From Convolutriloba macropyga (taxonomy: Eukaryota), in NCBI RefSeq assembly GCF_964194025.1, contig NC_134470.1:79732001-79796000 (forward strand): a DNA stretch of 64,000 nucleotides, written 5' to 3'. Positions 45,225 to 58,700 of the stretch are shown one piece after another. Under the pieces are notes generated by a model. The model did no database searches. It was not told where the DNA came from and saw only the letters and a list, made by a program, of their open reading frames with translations. Each line of letters opens with the position of its first letter. The stretch's first letter is position 1. The translations under genes were made by a program, and so were the position numbers.

Positions 45225-46725
45225 AAAACAAAAATAGTCCAAACTTTTAAGACAAAGCGTACCAACTTATCTTTACAAGATTTGTTGAATCGGCAATTTT
45301 GAAATTTAATACTCTCAAACGCATGAGTTCCTTTCTGTCAATGCGTTATCATTGTTAATATGTATGTAGTTTAGATGACGTCACTGAATGGTCTGATTAA
45401 TTTCTGATTAGAATTACTCTTTAATATTTATGTCGAATAGAACCTTTCATTGTTAGATTTGTTTATTTTTATGCAGTTTGACCAATGCTTCGTGATTAAG
45501 AATTAAAGCGACAATTTGTCCCCCATTAAATGGTGCTTCTATGCATTCAAGTAGCAAAATACGAAATGGAATTAGAAAGGTTTGTTAAAATCGTTTTTTT
45601 TTTCTATTAAGTTGGGAAAATCTTAATATAAGTCAAACGCTAAGGGAAGCAATAGGGTTTAAATTTTGTCAATTTTAACCCCGATTTTTAAATCGTTCTA
45701 TGTACGGATACCTGAATACGTTAACTACTTCCACATTTCACACCGAATTAATTTTTTGCCTTAATGAAGGACAGTTAAGTATCCATGCTTAAAATTGGGG
45801 TCAAATGAATGAATTGCAAATTTCTAAAACTGCATATAATTTTCATACCTCAGACATTTACACCCAATTTTCACAATCAATTTAATTAAAAATTTTAAGT
45901 TTGAAGCAAAGCAGAGATTTTTTGCCTTAAAAAGCACTCTAGGCCATATAACAAAATTGATATCTTATTTTCAAGCTTACAAAATTAATTCACATACGAA
46001 GAAACAATAAAATGTGTTCACCGTTAAATTTGTTCCCGAAAACAGCCTTTCAGACAAAATTTTGAATTTTTTTTACCGAATCCATTGATTTCCCAAATAT
46101 GTACACTATGCACACACGAATACATACAAATGCAACTCAAATTTTCTCAAATTTCAGTCGGTTTTTGTTTTTAGTTACAAGGGTGGTGATTGACGAAAGA
46201 GATTTGATTTGCGTTGGAAGTTAACCGTTTTGGTCTTTGAAGAAAGAAGAAATAACTGCACTTCTATCGCGAAGAGTAATTGGGATTAGCCGTATAGTAA
46301 GAATTTTTTGTCAGTTTGTTGGTTTTGAATTTATCCTTGGTTTTTGACCGTACTCAAAAGCTTTTTCCAAAGAGGCTGCCTACATTTGTCATAGAAAAGT
46401 GAAAAAAAACCTGGTAATGAATAAATTTTGACCTTTAGAGGGATTTTGGAATATCATGATAACCAGCTCCCACTTCATCTTCAGTGCCCTGAACTTTTTT
46501 AAACGTTGCTGAGGCCTCATTTCCAGCAAATTAATTTGTATGGTTTTGTTTTCGGCCTTAGCCTTGTATGTCGAGACAAAATTTATTGAACGCTTAAATT
46601 CTCTGTTTCCCAAATTAGAGCCTCAAGTTGATCAACATATACAATTACATTCGCACGATTTTGGATACAATTGTCGAACAAGATATTTATGCTGAAACCT
46701 TTGTAGAAGTTACATCCAAATTGTG

Positions 46726-46930
46726 GGATCTATTCTGTTTCGCCCACCCACCCCCTCCCTCCCTCCCTCCCTCCCTCCCTCCCTCCCTCCCTCCCCCCCA
46801 GCTTAGTGGGAATATGTGTTTTAAGACCCCCAGGCGCACGTGCAATCTTTTTACATAGCAACGTGCTATATAACAACACATCATTTGTAAGGGAGTATAA
46901 AAACACTGGGGGACCGAAACAGAACGATCC
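46726..46930. mobile_element. Merlin-like MITE with an internal (CCCT)n microsatellite
   Basis: TIR GGATCTATTCTGTTTCG / CGAAACAGAACGATCC; TSD AAATTGTG/GAATTGTG (7 of 8). Related copies at ~29785-29935, 30457-30590, 40937-41042 and 60205-60381. Confidence 0.7.
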
Positions 46931-48039
46931 GAATTGTGTAATGAAACGGGGAAAATCCAAGTTAAATATAATATAGGAGCAATGAACTCAAGCATCGGAT
47001 GACTTATGGAAATGAATTTAGTGACTTTGAAGGGATTTAGTTCCATTTTAGTTTACAGGGTTGAGAGATAAAGTTCAGCCCAAAAATTCTTTGATTGATT
47101 GATTCGTTTTTTTTTTGGATGATGAACAAAAGCACACACAGTACGTTGCAAATTTGACATATTCGTCTAATTTATTAGGACAAATATGCGATGCTAATCT
47201 TGCAATGATTGTGTAACAACCATTATATAGAGACTCGCGTAATGATTTTGGGTAACGGTTAAACCACGAGTATTCAATTTACTTACTCGCCAAATCTCTT
47301 TAAGAAAGTTTCATGAGAATTGTTTAAGGACACATTGTTTTTGCTCGATTTTGGAAAGCAAAGCCGGCAAAAAATCGTAACAGCAATCGTCTCAAAAGCT
47401 GACGGAAGTAGTTGACTTCTTGAAAACCCTTTTCATTGCAACAAAACAAGCGACAGCAAAAGTAATTTTAATAGTACGAAATCATAATCAATTCCGAGAA
47501 TGATTGGCAAGAATGACTCGACGATATAGGAAACTTTTTGTTGTCTTATGTACCATTTTACTAGTAAATTTTTGCCGTAAGAATGAACCGAATATATTGG
47601 CAAGCGTAACCATAGCTTGCTGGAAAAAAATTAAAAAAAGACAAAACTGGCTGTAACAAGGAAAATTTTGATTTCACATAGTATTCTATTAAATTAAGAA
47701 ATAATCGATTTTTTCTTGGTTTTTTGGGTTGCATTAATTTTTGGCTATATTTTGATTTGTTATTTGACGTAAGATAGAAAAAGTATAATAAGAAACAATG
47801 AAGCATCCAAAGATTTAAGAAATCAATTATTTGTTCATAGAATCGTCGAACAGAAGGTAAACACAATGAGTTTTTAGCAAAGGTCATTGACATAAGCTGA
47901 ATCAAATAGCTGCTTTTAGCATTGTCTAGTAAAACTACTTAAACAAATCGGATGTAGTCAAATATAATAACAAAACAAGGATTTACAGGCGAGTGAATTA
48001 TGAACCGTGCAGCTTTCCTTCAACAATTGCAGACGCAGA

Positions 48040-48995
48040 AAAATTGGCGGTTGTGTATGACTTCTTGTGAGCTCTACATCCCCTGAGACACAAGATACAG
48101 CTTCGCGGGAGTGCAAAACCCTGGTTCAGACTAAGCTGATGGTGCCTGAGTATTGTTTGTTTTTCTTGTCGGCTATTTTGTTGACTAACTTTTTCATGAC
48201 TTTCGTGGTGGAGAGGCCAGCACCACCAGTGCAAGCAAATACTAGAGGATTGAAAGAACTGTTTCCAACTTCAATAATGTGAGTCTCATATTTTAGTTTC
48301 TTATGCTGTTCGTGATATGAGTAGGCATCTTTGATAGTTTTAGGGCATTAATATGCGAGGAGGTTGAAATCTTTGACATCGAAAAGAGTCCTAGAGAATC
48401 GAGTTTCCTAGAGTTCATTGGCTTTGATGTCCAATCGAGCGTCGTCATCAATGCTTGTGGCGAAAGGATTCTCCTGAAAGCGACCGAAGCTTTGGCTCTA
48501 TTTCAACATCATAAACTTCGTTCATCAAACTCGAACGTGTCTCGGATTTCGTTATAGCGAATGTGTGCCCGCATTTTGCACAGTGGAGGGCATGCGTTGT
48601 GTTGAATTTTTCACCACAGTGACATGTACTTGGCATTTTTGTTAATTCGCGGTCATTTTGTAAGTTAACTCTAACTTGCATAGGCAGAAATTGTACTTTT
48701 TGAGTGGCCGGTCATTTAGCCAGCTTTTTCTGAATCAATTTTCATAGAGTATTTTTTCTGTTGATTCATTGCTTCTTCCAGACTATCTAGCTTGGCTTTT
48801 TCTTCTGTAATTCGAGCCATTTTTATATCCTGTTGCAAACGATTTTGAACGAGCTCAGCCTGGATAGGTTCATGGTTGCTTGGGAGGTTGGAGAGGTTAA
48901 TCGAGTCGAATAAATCACGTGTACCTTCAGTTGGGTAAGCTATATTCCACACATCCAGGCGCAAGGGTAAGGCGTAAGTGTGACCTAAGTTACTT
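48040..48995 (-). mobile_element. 3' fragment of a CRE-like non-LTR retrotransposon with restriction-like endonuclease
   Basis: ALPLRL; PLKKYNFCLCKLE; CHCGEKFNTTHALHC zinc knuckle; DVEIEPKLRSLSGESF; DDARLDIKA; FDVK; SFNPLVFACTGGAG. Frameshifted. Confidence 0.75.
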
Positions 48996-48999
48996 TTCA

Positions 49000-50150
49000 T
49001 TGTTGTATTTAAAGCATTCTAAAATAATTTGAATCGATGTCTAAATTTGAGTGAAAGATGATAAGTTAAGTGTTGGAGAAAATATGATCACCAGCCGATA
49101 CGTTTGATAACGCAGTGTTTTTAACTTTTTCACCATCTTCAAACACAATAATTGGATAGAAAAAAGACTGCTCCATAAGCATGCGACACTTTAAAACTCG
49201 GAACGGCAGAAATATTCTATTTGTGAATCCCGAACTTAATTCGCTAAAATTTGTAAAGATATAGATCAACTCCACATTTTTGTAGAGACAAAGAGGGATA
49301 TCACATGGCAATGGAAAATAAATTAATGCGTAATTTGCCATTTTGAACGGCTTTTAGCTGAAGGACATGTAAAGATGCCAATAAATCTCCTGCAAAGCTA
49401 ATAAAAGCCGCAAATCTTTTGAAAAGTTTTTCAACATTACGGCTCGTTTTGGGCTACTTTAAAATGATAATTTCGGAGAGACTTTACAGTACAATTACAA
49501 ATAGATTAACAATTGGAAGAGAAACAGTCTATTGATTAGTATGTATTCTTAGTTGTCTTCCACAATAGAACCAAATAAATAATCCAACTGAAAAATTAAG
49601 AAACAGCCTAATCGCCTAATCGGCAAAAAGAGCAGCAAGTTTTTGTCCTGTCTCCTGAGTTTCCAAATCACGTATAGATGTCAATGATGAATGATATAAG
49701 GGTTGAATAAAATAACATTTTGCAAATAATATTAAGATGTGCAACTTGAGAAACAAGGCTAATTTTAACGTCACCGACAATTTTGAAAAGTAAATTAAAT
49801 TCATATAATTTTTTTTTGTTGCAAATTTTTTTTATAGCGGAATTAGCCAAAATTTTGAAAAGTTACACCAATTATCTCATGTTGTAATATTTTTTTGCGC
49901 AAAATAGCTAAGAAGATGAAAATTCAACATCTGTTTGAACAAAATGTTGAAATTATTCATGTATTATCGATAGACTTTGAGTTTTGAAAATAATAAGCAA
50001 TGGTGGAACAATCTGAAAATTTATCAATATTCTTTGATGGCCTGAACAATTTTAGAACTTCAAAACTCTAAACGTCCGCTTGAAGGACATCTAAACATCC
50101 GCAAAAATAAAATTGATTTGACTGCATGAACCCATATTAATTAAAAGGGA
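49000..50150 (+). mobile_element. Probable decayed LINE RT fragment
   Basis: Degenerate FADD-like and C-terminal RT remnants; no ORF. Confidence 0.35.
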
Positions 50151-50236
50151 ACACGAAAGAAATAACTTTTGAACGTTGAAACCTGTTGTTTTTGCGTATC
50201 CTAACAAAAGGTTTTCACAATTGACACCATTTTTTT

Positions 50237-51115
50237 AATAGCCGCACAGCGATAGCTGGGGCTATTATTGGCCTTCTCTTGTTTTTTTTACAATTCAAAG
50301 AATTTGAATTGTATTAGGGCGCTGTCTTTTTTTTTTCTAAGATCTGTTCACACATTTTCATGATTTTTGAAGTCAAATTGGAGTAGTTATTTTGGTCACG
50401 CCGAAACATGAAGTGGAGCGAAAAAGCGAGTGGTTTTGCGGCGTGAAACTTTTTTGCTCTAAATTTAAAGTAGAGTGAGAAAACGGTGATTGAACAAAAA
50501 TTCGCTTTCTCGCTAGTGGTTTCTTGTTCACATGCGGCAATTTCACTTTGATTTTTACAGTTTTTTCGATTTTTTGGATCGGATTTTTTTTCTAAATGGT
50601 TTTCCCAATCCATTCATAGTCAGTTCTTGGTCTAGTTTTCTGTTTATTCAATGAAAATTCTTTGAATTGTACGTCAGGACTTGTCCTGCTTTGTTTTTTA
50701 TTTCGTCGTCATGATTTTTGTTAAAACCATATGACGTCACAGTCACTTTTTGTTCATTCGTTCATGCAATTTCAACTGAATTGCATGTGTGACGTCATTT
50801 TTCGCTCTTAGTGGTGCGAGCTTTTTGTTCATGCGCGTGATTAAATTTTTTGTCACACGTGACTAACATCACTCTCAAAAACGACATCCTCGCACTGAAA
50901 TTGACATTTACTTTTATTCAAAGAGATAAGCTCACGCGAGTGTATATCACTCTTATTGAAGGCTATTTAAGAGCAGCTAATAGAAGAAACAATTAGTTAT
51001 ACAGATCCCTAATCAAAATTTCAATTTCTTTTAATTAAGTCTGTCTTGTTAAATCTTTTAGACGGCCGATCTACAAATCTATTGCGGCTATTTTCTGGCA
51101 ATCTGCCAGCTATGT
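50237..51115 (+). mobile_element. HINE-1 with nested HINE-4 (50290-50693)
   Basis: Same termini as 33388-35689. Inner subTIR ACAATTCAAAGAAT/ATTCTTTGAATTGT with hairpin CAGGAC-TT-GTCCTG. Confidence 0.75.
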
Positions 51116-52547
51116 TTTCCTTTTGCGTTAAAGTTAAGGTTGATAAAATGTACCCCACACCCTGTTTACATCTAAGGAGATAGTTATCGTTTCAATGATT
51201 TGTTTTTGAAAATAATAAAGTTTGTTTGTAGGTAACCCACAGAATAACTTGCAGTTTTAACGAAAATTTTATTTGTCATTGTCAATTGTGCGCTTCAATA
51301 TATTTGCGTTGAGGCTTGTACGACAGAAGTTCAAAATTAGTTTTTAAAAAAGCATTCGAATTAAATTTGAAAGGATATTTTTAGATAAAGTTGCTTTTTT
51401 ATTGAGGAAATCTGGTGGACGCTAAAATTATAGGACCCATTCTTAGTGACGAAAATATTTCTCACCTTCATTGCGAAAAAATTTTTACTTCAAGTGAAAA
51501 AATGCAGACTTCTATTGAAGAAAGCTAAATTTTCAAAAAAAACCGGCCTATAATTTGCATAAAAAGACGAGCCAAAGAATTTAGTGACCTTCGTTTATAC
51601 TTAAAGTTGAAACAAAAACTATTTTGGTTAAGAACTTTACCATAATTTAGCAAAAAATGGTAAAATTTAGAGAAATCGAAAAAAAGAACAAAAAAGGGTG
51701 AAAATAATAGGAAGATTCGCTAGACTTTAAACTCAATAATCAGTGACTAAGAGTGAATAAAATTAAAGGTAATATCGTGCTTTTTAACAAAACTTTTAAC
51801 AAATTTTAGCTAATATAACGAATTTAACAAGTATAACGAATGAATAAAATTGGAGTCAAAGGCTTAATTATTGCAAAATAGGGCCATTTTTTGCAGAAAA
51901 TCTTGTCAAACAACTGTACAACCCCTTACGGACTGTAGAAATTAGTTTTTTATTCATAACTTTTGCCAATTTTCAGATTTCTGCAATTATCTAATATTGA
52001 CCAAAATTTTGCTCAAATTGTGAAAAAAAGTTGTGAATAATAAGTTAAATAGCAGTAAACCTCGACAACTCCTCGAAAAATGCAAATTCAAAAATTCGTT
52101 TGATATATTCTACACTCGACTGGCTTTCTAGCGATGACACTCATGTTTTTCGACATCAAATATCCGAAGTCGATTGAACGAACAATAACGTCCCGTTTAA
52201 TAAGTTGAAAGAGCAATAGTAAATAGTAATATATTAAAGAGTATTAAACCTGCTCACTGTTCGGGTCTCAGAGGAAACAGGATTCATGAAATCGACGTGC
52301 CTTCATGATTTGGAGAAATCGTCTTTTATGTGCATTTGTAGTACGCCCACCGGAATTATAAATAATGGAAAAAGAGTTGTATTCATGATAACCAAAGCTT
52401 CTTTGAACAAAATAAAAAATATGAACATAAAATCGCCTATTACAAGAAAGTTTTCTTTTTCATGCTTTAGGAACCGCGCCTGTTTAGCGCGATTAAAAGT
52501 TTTATACCGCGTTTTTCTGTGTGTTGAAGGTAAGCGTTTCTAGTTAA

Positions 52548-52793
52548 ATGATGGTAGAGGCTGGACCTCGTTCAGAATCAGCAAACCGCAGAGATAGAAA
52601 CGGGAATATAAACATAAGAGACCATCATAATCGGCAATGTGCCGGAGACCAGGACGATGCAGATGACGTGAACACATTCAAAATCCTTGTCTCTACAGAC
52701 AATCATTTGGGTTTTAATGAAGAGTGTCCCATTAGAGGCGATGACTCATTTGTGTCCTTTGAGGAAGTTCTCCAGTTGGCACAGAAAGAACAG
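52548..52793 (+). CDS. MRE11: MRE11 exon 1
   Basis: TDNHLG motif; CAG|GTAAGG donor. Confidence 0.92.
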
Positions 52794-55700
52794 GTAAGGG
52801 CGGAGGCAATGGAAATCAGATTGTCTGGCTTCGAAAAATGCAGCCAAAAAACCTTTTCATGAAAAATTGTTCAACATTTTTGTCGAAGAATGAGCCCAGG
52901 ATCACGTTGTTGGAGTGAGAGAAATTGAGCTTAGCAGAATTAGTTCTAATTTGAATATTTTATAATTGCTGCCTGAAGAGCAAAATTCTAAATCCTTTTT
53001 AGTTCATTTCCTGCGTGATTGACTTGCTTGGCAAAATTTTTTAATCAAAATTGGTTGAACAAAACTTTTAAATCGTTTTTGCTTTGCGCATATGGATGTT
53101 CAAGACAACTGTGATCAATCATCTTGCACAATTTATTTTTAAGACCTCATTTATGAAATGAATTCAATGGTACCCCTGATTATTCTGTTCGCAAGAGTAT
53201 TTATTCACCGAACCAAATTCATCGCTCTTGCTTTCTACTTTTTTAAATTCTCTCGAACGAAGTTCGAGGCAATTATTGTAAACTTGTCTGTTTTTTATGC
53301 AAAATGTTTGCTTGACCGTTTTTGCAATTTTTGTTCGAGAAAATTGCTTTTGACTTCTTGAGTTAGTTTCACAATTCACTTCTTCATTTATTAGTGAGCT
53401 CAATTGCTGTCTTTGTTGCTATTATGTACCGGATTGTAAGCTGTTGAGTAGCAAAGCTGCTTTAGCGTAGTAGTTACGCTGTCTGAGTAGTGCTTTCCTG
53501 ACGGTCGCGCGTTCGAACCCCTTTGAGGTCGGAGTTTTGCATCCCCGTTGCTCGGGATCAATTCATCTGACGCTCGGGATAGCAAAAAAAATCAAGCAGG
53601 AAAGCATGTTTTATACGAGAGACAAAACTCGAACTTGTGCATAAAGTTGAGACAATTTCTTCGTGCATTTTCTGAGAGTTACATTCAAAACCCTCATTCT
53701 AAAGAGTTTTTGGAAGTGTTTGTACAACCGTCGCGTATTTTAATCTTTTAACCGTATTTAAAAGTTTTTTTTTGACCGAATTTCGTATTCACTAGGTGGA
53801 AGCTCAGTCCTCTCAAGTTGCGTGTTCGAAGGTTGAGTGTACATGAAAATTTACCCACTTCCATTTTACCCAATGCAATTTTACCAATGCCATTTTACCC
53901 AATGCCATTTTACTCAATGCCATTTTACCCAGACATTTTACTCAATGCCATTTTACCCAATGCCATTTTACCCAATGCCATTTTACCCAATGCCATTTTA
54001 CCCAATGCCATTTTACCCAATGCCATTTTACCCAATGCCATTTTACCCAATGCCATTTTACCCAATGCCCTTTTACCCAATGCCATTTTACCCAATGCCA
54101 TTTTACCCAATGCCATTTTATCCAATGCAATTTTACCCAATGCCATTTTACCCAATGCCATTTTAACCAATGCCATTTTACCCAATGCCATTTTACTCAA
54201 TGCCATTTTACCCAATGCCAATTTACCCAATGCCATTTTACCCAATGCCATTTTACCCAATGCCATTTTACGCAATGCCATTTTACCCAATGCCATTTTA
54301 CCCAATGCTCTTTTATCTTTTCATTCAATTATCCGATGTTCGGTTTGATAGTTTCTTATCAAGTCCCACGGGCCATTTAATTTTTTAGTCGGCTAAATAG
54401 TCGTTTTGTATTTTTAAAAATTGGGTAAATTAAAGTTGGCATTGGTTAAAGTGGTATTGGGTAAGTCGGCAGGTTGGGTATAATGGCATTGGGTAAAATG
54501 GAGTTGGACCAATTGCCCTGACACCGCGTTCTAAGTGCCTTTTTTAATTGTCTTTATTCTGCCTTCATTGCGGAAATTTTAAGGCATACAAGCGGGAATG
54601 ACGTTTGGTGGTGACAACGGAAACTTCGCTTTTGCATAGAATACGTTAAAATTGTGACGTTCGAGAAACTTTAAAATAATTTTGCTGGACTTCACGAGAG
54701 CTTGCGTTTATAATTTTCAAATGCGAAGTGGCCTAGTTTGATCGTATAAATTGAACTGCGTTAAAATGCAGAATTAGAGAAACATTGGCCGAATTAGATT
54801 AATGGGACGCTTGGGTATAGAGGTCGTGAATTGCAAATTTAAAAGAGCAGACACAAACTATTTTTTCTTGATTATAGTGCAAAACTTTTGGCCATCGAAA
54901 AAATGTTACTATGATGTTTATAATGGGTTCCCATTGAATAATCCTGCTTGGATTGAAACGGAATCGAAAGCAAGGCAGATAGAAAAACCGAGAAAAGAGA
55001 ACAGCGCGAAGGAATAAAAAAATGCGAAAAATAATAGGAGACGTATTGTGATTAACAGAAGGGATAGCAATTTGTTTTGTTGGAATACAATCAATTCAAT
55101 ATTGACGTTTAAATTCTATCACCGAATATTAGTTTTGAAACCTTGCTTAGATCTTTTACAAGTTAGGCAACGAAGCCCGTTGTTCACCGTGGATAAACTC
55201 CAGTAGCCAGAGCACTCTACATTATATTGCATCAAACAAAAGAAGCATTGACGCCCTTTTGCCCTTTTACCCAATGCCCTTTTACCCAATGCCATTTTAC
55301 CCAATGCCATTTTACCCAATGCCATTTTACCCAATGCCATTTTACCCAATGCCATTTTACCCAATGCCATTTTACCCAATGCCATTTTACCCAATGCCAT
55401 TTTACCCAATGCCATTTTACCCAATGCCATTTTACTCAATGCCATTTTACCCAATGCCATTTTACCCAATGCCATTTTACCCAATGCCATTTTACCCAAT
55501 GCCATTTTACCCAATGCCATTTTACCCAATGCCATTTTACCCAATGCCCTTTTACCCAATGCCATTTTACCCAATGCTCTTTTATCTTTTCATTCAATTA
55601 TCCGATGTTCGGTTTGATAGTTTCTTATCAAGTCCCACGGGCCATTTAATTTTTTGGTCGGCTAAATAGTCGTTTTGTATTTTTAAAAATTGGGTAAATT

Positions 55701-58700
55701 AAAGTTGGCATTGGTTAAAGTGGTATTGGGTAAGTCGGCAGGTTGGGTATAATGGCATTGGGTAAAATGGAGTTGGACCAATTGCCCTGACACCGCGTTC
55801 TAAGTGCCTTTTTTAATTGTCTTTATTCTGCCTTCATTGCGGAAATTGTAAGGCACACAAGCGGGAATGACGTTTGGTGGTGACAACGAAAACTTCGCTT
55901 TTGCATAGAATACGTTAAAATTGTGACGTTCGAGAAACTTTAAAATAATTTTGCTGGACTTCACGAGAGCTTGCGTTTATAATTTTCAAATGCGAAGTGG
56001 CCTACTTTGATCGTATAAATTGAACTGCGTTAAAATGCAGAAATAGAGAAACATTGGCCGAATTAGATTATTGGGACGCTTGGGTATAGAGGTCGTGAAT
56101 TGCAAATATAAAAGAGCAGAAACAAAATATTTTTTCTTGATTATAGTGCAAAGTTTTTTAATTTTTGGCCATCGAAAAAATGTTACTATGATGTTTATAA
56201 TGGGTTCCCATTAAATAATCCTGATTGGATTGAAACGGAATCGAAAGCAAGGCAGATAGAAAAACCGAGAACAGCGCGAAGGAATAAAAAATTTGCGAAA
56301 AATAATAGGAGACGTATTGTGATTAACAGAAGGGATAGCAGTTTGATTTTATTGGAATACAATCAATTCAATATTGATGTTTAAATTCTATCACCGAATA
56401 TTAGTTTTGAATCCTCGCTTAGATCTTTTACAAGTTAGGCAACGAAGCTCGTTGTTCACCGTGGATAATCTCCAGTAGCCAGAGCACTCTACATTATATT
56501 GCATCAAACAAAAGAAGCATTGACGCAGTCAAATCTAGCACCAGTAATAGATCTTGATTTGAAAGATTCAATCTTTGTTATTTTCTCATAAAACATTACA
56601 ATTACATAACAGTGTTGTTTCATTATCCACTAATTCCCTCTCTTTTTGCATTACGTCAACTCGTGACAAAAACATTTTGGCTGATCACGCATAGCTCTGA
56701 TAGAAACTCTTTCAAGTGGACTATCAACAGTTGACAAGCTGTTTATCAGCCCGCAGTTATAGTCGCAAGATTTTTTGTATTAAAGCTTATTTTTTTATTT
56801 TTGGTCGTTTTAGGGTGAGTTAATGATTTTGTTTAAAAATACCCATAGTGCTACCAAGTTGAGAGTGGATTTGATGATGTTATTGACTGTAGACAGTGGT
56901 AAATTCGCATGTATAATATTAACAATAAATTGGATAAATCTATGTTATTTAAATAATAGCAGGTGAACGTTAAATTGAACATCTAAGAATTGGGGCAACC
57001 GACAGTTAGAGATAACCAAAAGATAATAAATATCACTAAATTATTTTTCACAATTATTAGAGCTAGTTTTTTTGTTCATTCGCTCGGCTTTTATCAGTTT
57101 TTGTTATTGTCATTGAGCTCACTTGACATTGACTTTTACGCTGTGTTTGCCTTTTCTCTTTAGCACAAAAATTTGTTAGCGCAACAACTAGATAGTTACC
57201 AATTAAGAAAGAAGATCTACTTGACAATTAAATTTTTTACAAACTACTCAATAAAAGAAATCAATTGAACTCCAACCACAAGAGAGTTTTTAATAGCCGC
57301 ACAGCGATAGCTGGGGCTATTATTGGCCTTCTCTTGGTTTTTTTACAATTCAAAGAATTTGAATTGTATTGGGGCGCTGTCTTTTTTTTAAGATCTGTTC
57401 ACACATTTTCATGATTTTGGAAGTCAAATTGGAGTAGTGATTTTGGTCACGTCGAAACAGGAAGTGGAGCGAAAAAGCGAGTGGTTTTGCGGCGTGAAAT
57501 TTTTTCGCTGTAATTTTAAAGCAGAGTGAGAATACGGTGTTTGAACAAAAATTCGCTTTATCGGTAGTGGTTATTTTGTTCACATGCGGCAATTTCGCTT
57601 TGATTTTTTCTGTTTTTTCAATTTTTTGGATCGGGTTTTTTTTCTAAATGGTTTTCCTAATCCATTCATAGTCTTTTCTTAGTCTAGTTTTCTGTGTAGT
57701 CAATGAAAATTCTTTGAATTGTACGTCAGGACTTGTCCTGCTATGTTTTTTTTTATTTCGTCATGATTTTTGTTACTACCATATGACGTCACAGCCACTT
57801 TTTGTTCATTCGTTCATGCAATTTCAACTGAATTGCATGTGTGACGTCATTTTTCGCTCTTAGTGGAGCGAGTTTTGTTCATGAGCGTGATTAAATTTTT
57901 GGTCACACTTGACTTACCTCACTCTCAAAAATGACTTCCTCAATTTGAAATTGACTTTTATTTACCTTAATTCAAAGAGATAAGGTCAAATGGGTGTGTG
58001 TCACTCTAAATGAAGGTTATTTGAGATCAGCTAATAGAGGCAGCAATAACTTATAAAGATTTTAAATGAAAATATAACAGATCAGTCTTCTATGAAAAGA
58101 CAATTTTTTTGGTCTGTCTTTTTTACTGTTTCTTTAGACGGCCGATCTACGAATCTATTGCGGCTATTTTCTGGCAATCTGCCAGATGTGTTTGAAAAGT
58201 TTCAGAAACAGTTGATTGAGAGTAACTCAAGCAGTCGAAAAAATGGAATGTTATCAATGAAGTTAGAAACTTCAAAAGAACAGCAACTAAAGTCAACTGC
58301 TTAAAAAATAGCTTTGGTAAACTAGTAACAAATAAACAAGAGATTGCTATTCACTTCAGCTACGTTTTTTATCAATTAGGAGCTTTTAAGTTTAATAATA
58401 ATGATAGAAAATAGCAGGTTGAAAACCACCACTCGGTTCCTCTCAATTTTTATTTTAGATTTGTAACCAGCCATGGATGCCTAAGAGTGCTTCTTGACCT
58501 AAACAAAGATAAACCACTGGGTCCTTCTAACTTGCCTGCTTGGGCACTTAAATTAGGAGCACCAGAACTACCTAAACCTTTGTGTTTTCTGTTTAATGAA
58601 TATTTGAAAGCCAAACAATTTCCTTCGCAAATAAAATTTACTCACATCACGCCTCTATTTAAAGAGGTTGATATTGACAATCCATTAAACTATAGACCAG

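Noticed and set aside
46389-46613. 74-aa minus-strand ORF
   Set aside because: No recognisable homology or splice signals.
48716-49000. Stand-alone 94-aa gene
   Set aside because: It is colinear with the CRE-like retroelement ORF fragments immediately downstream.
52530-52543. 14-nt micro-intron GTAAGCGTTTCTAG
   Set aside because: Too short for a spliceosomal intron; the other introns modelled here are over 200 nt.
53818-55669. Repetitive ORFs (ILPNA, PMPFY, QCHFT, KMALG repeats)
   Set aside because: They are translations of a 15-bp minisatellite that is open in several frames on both strands, inside an MRE11 intron.
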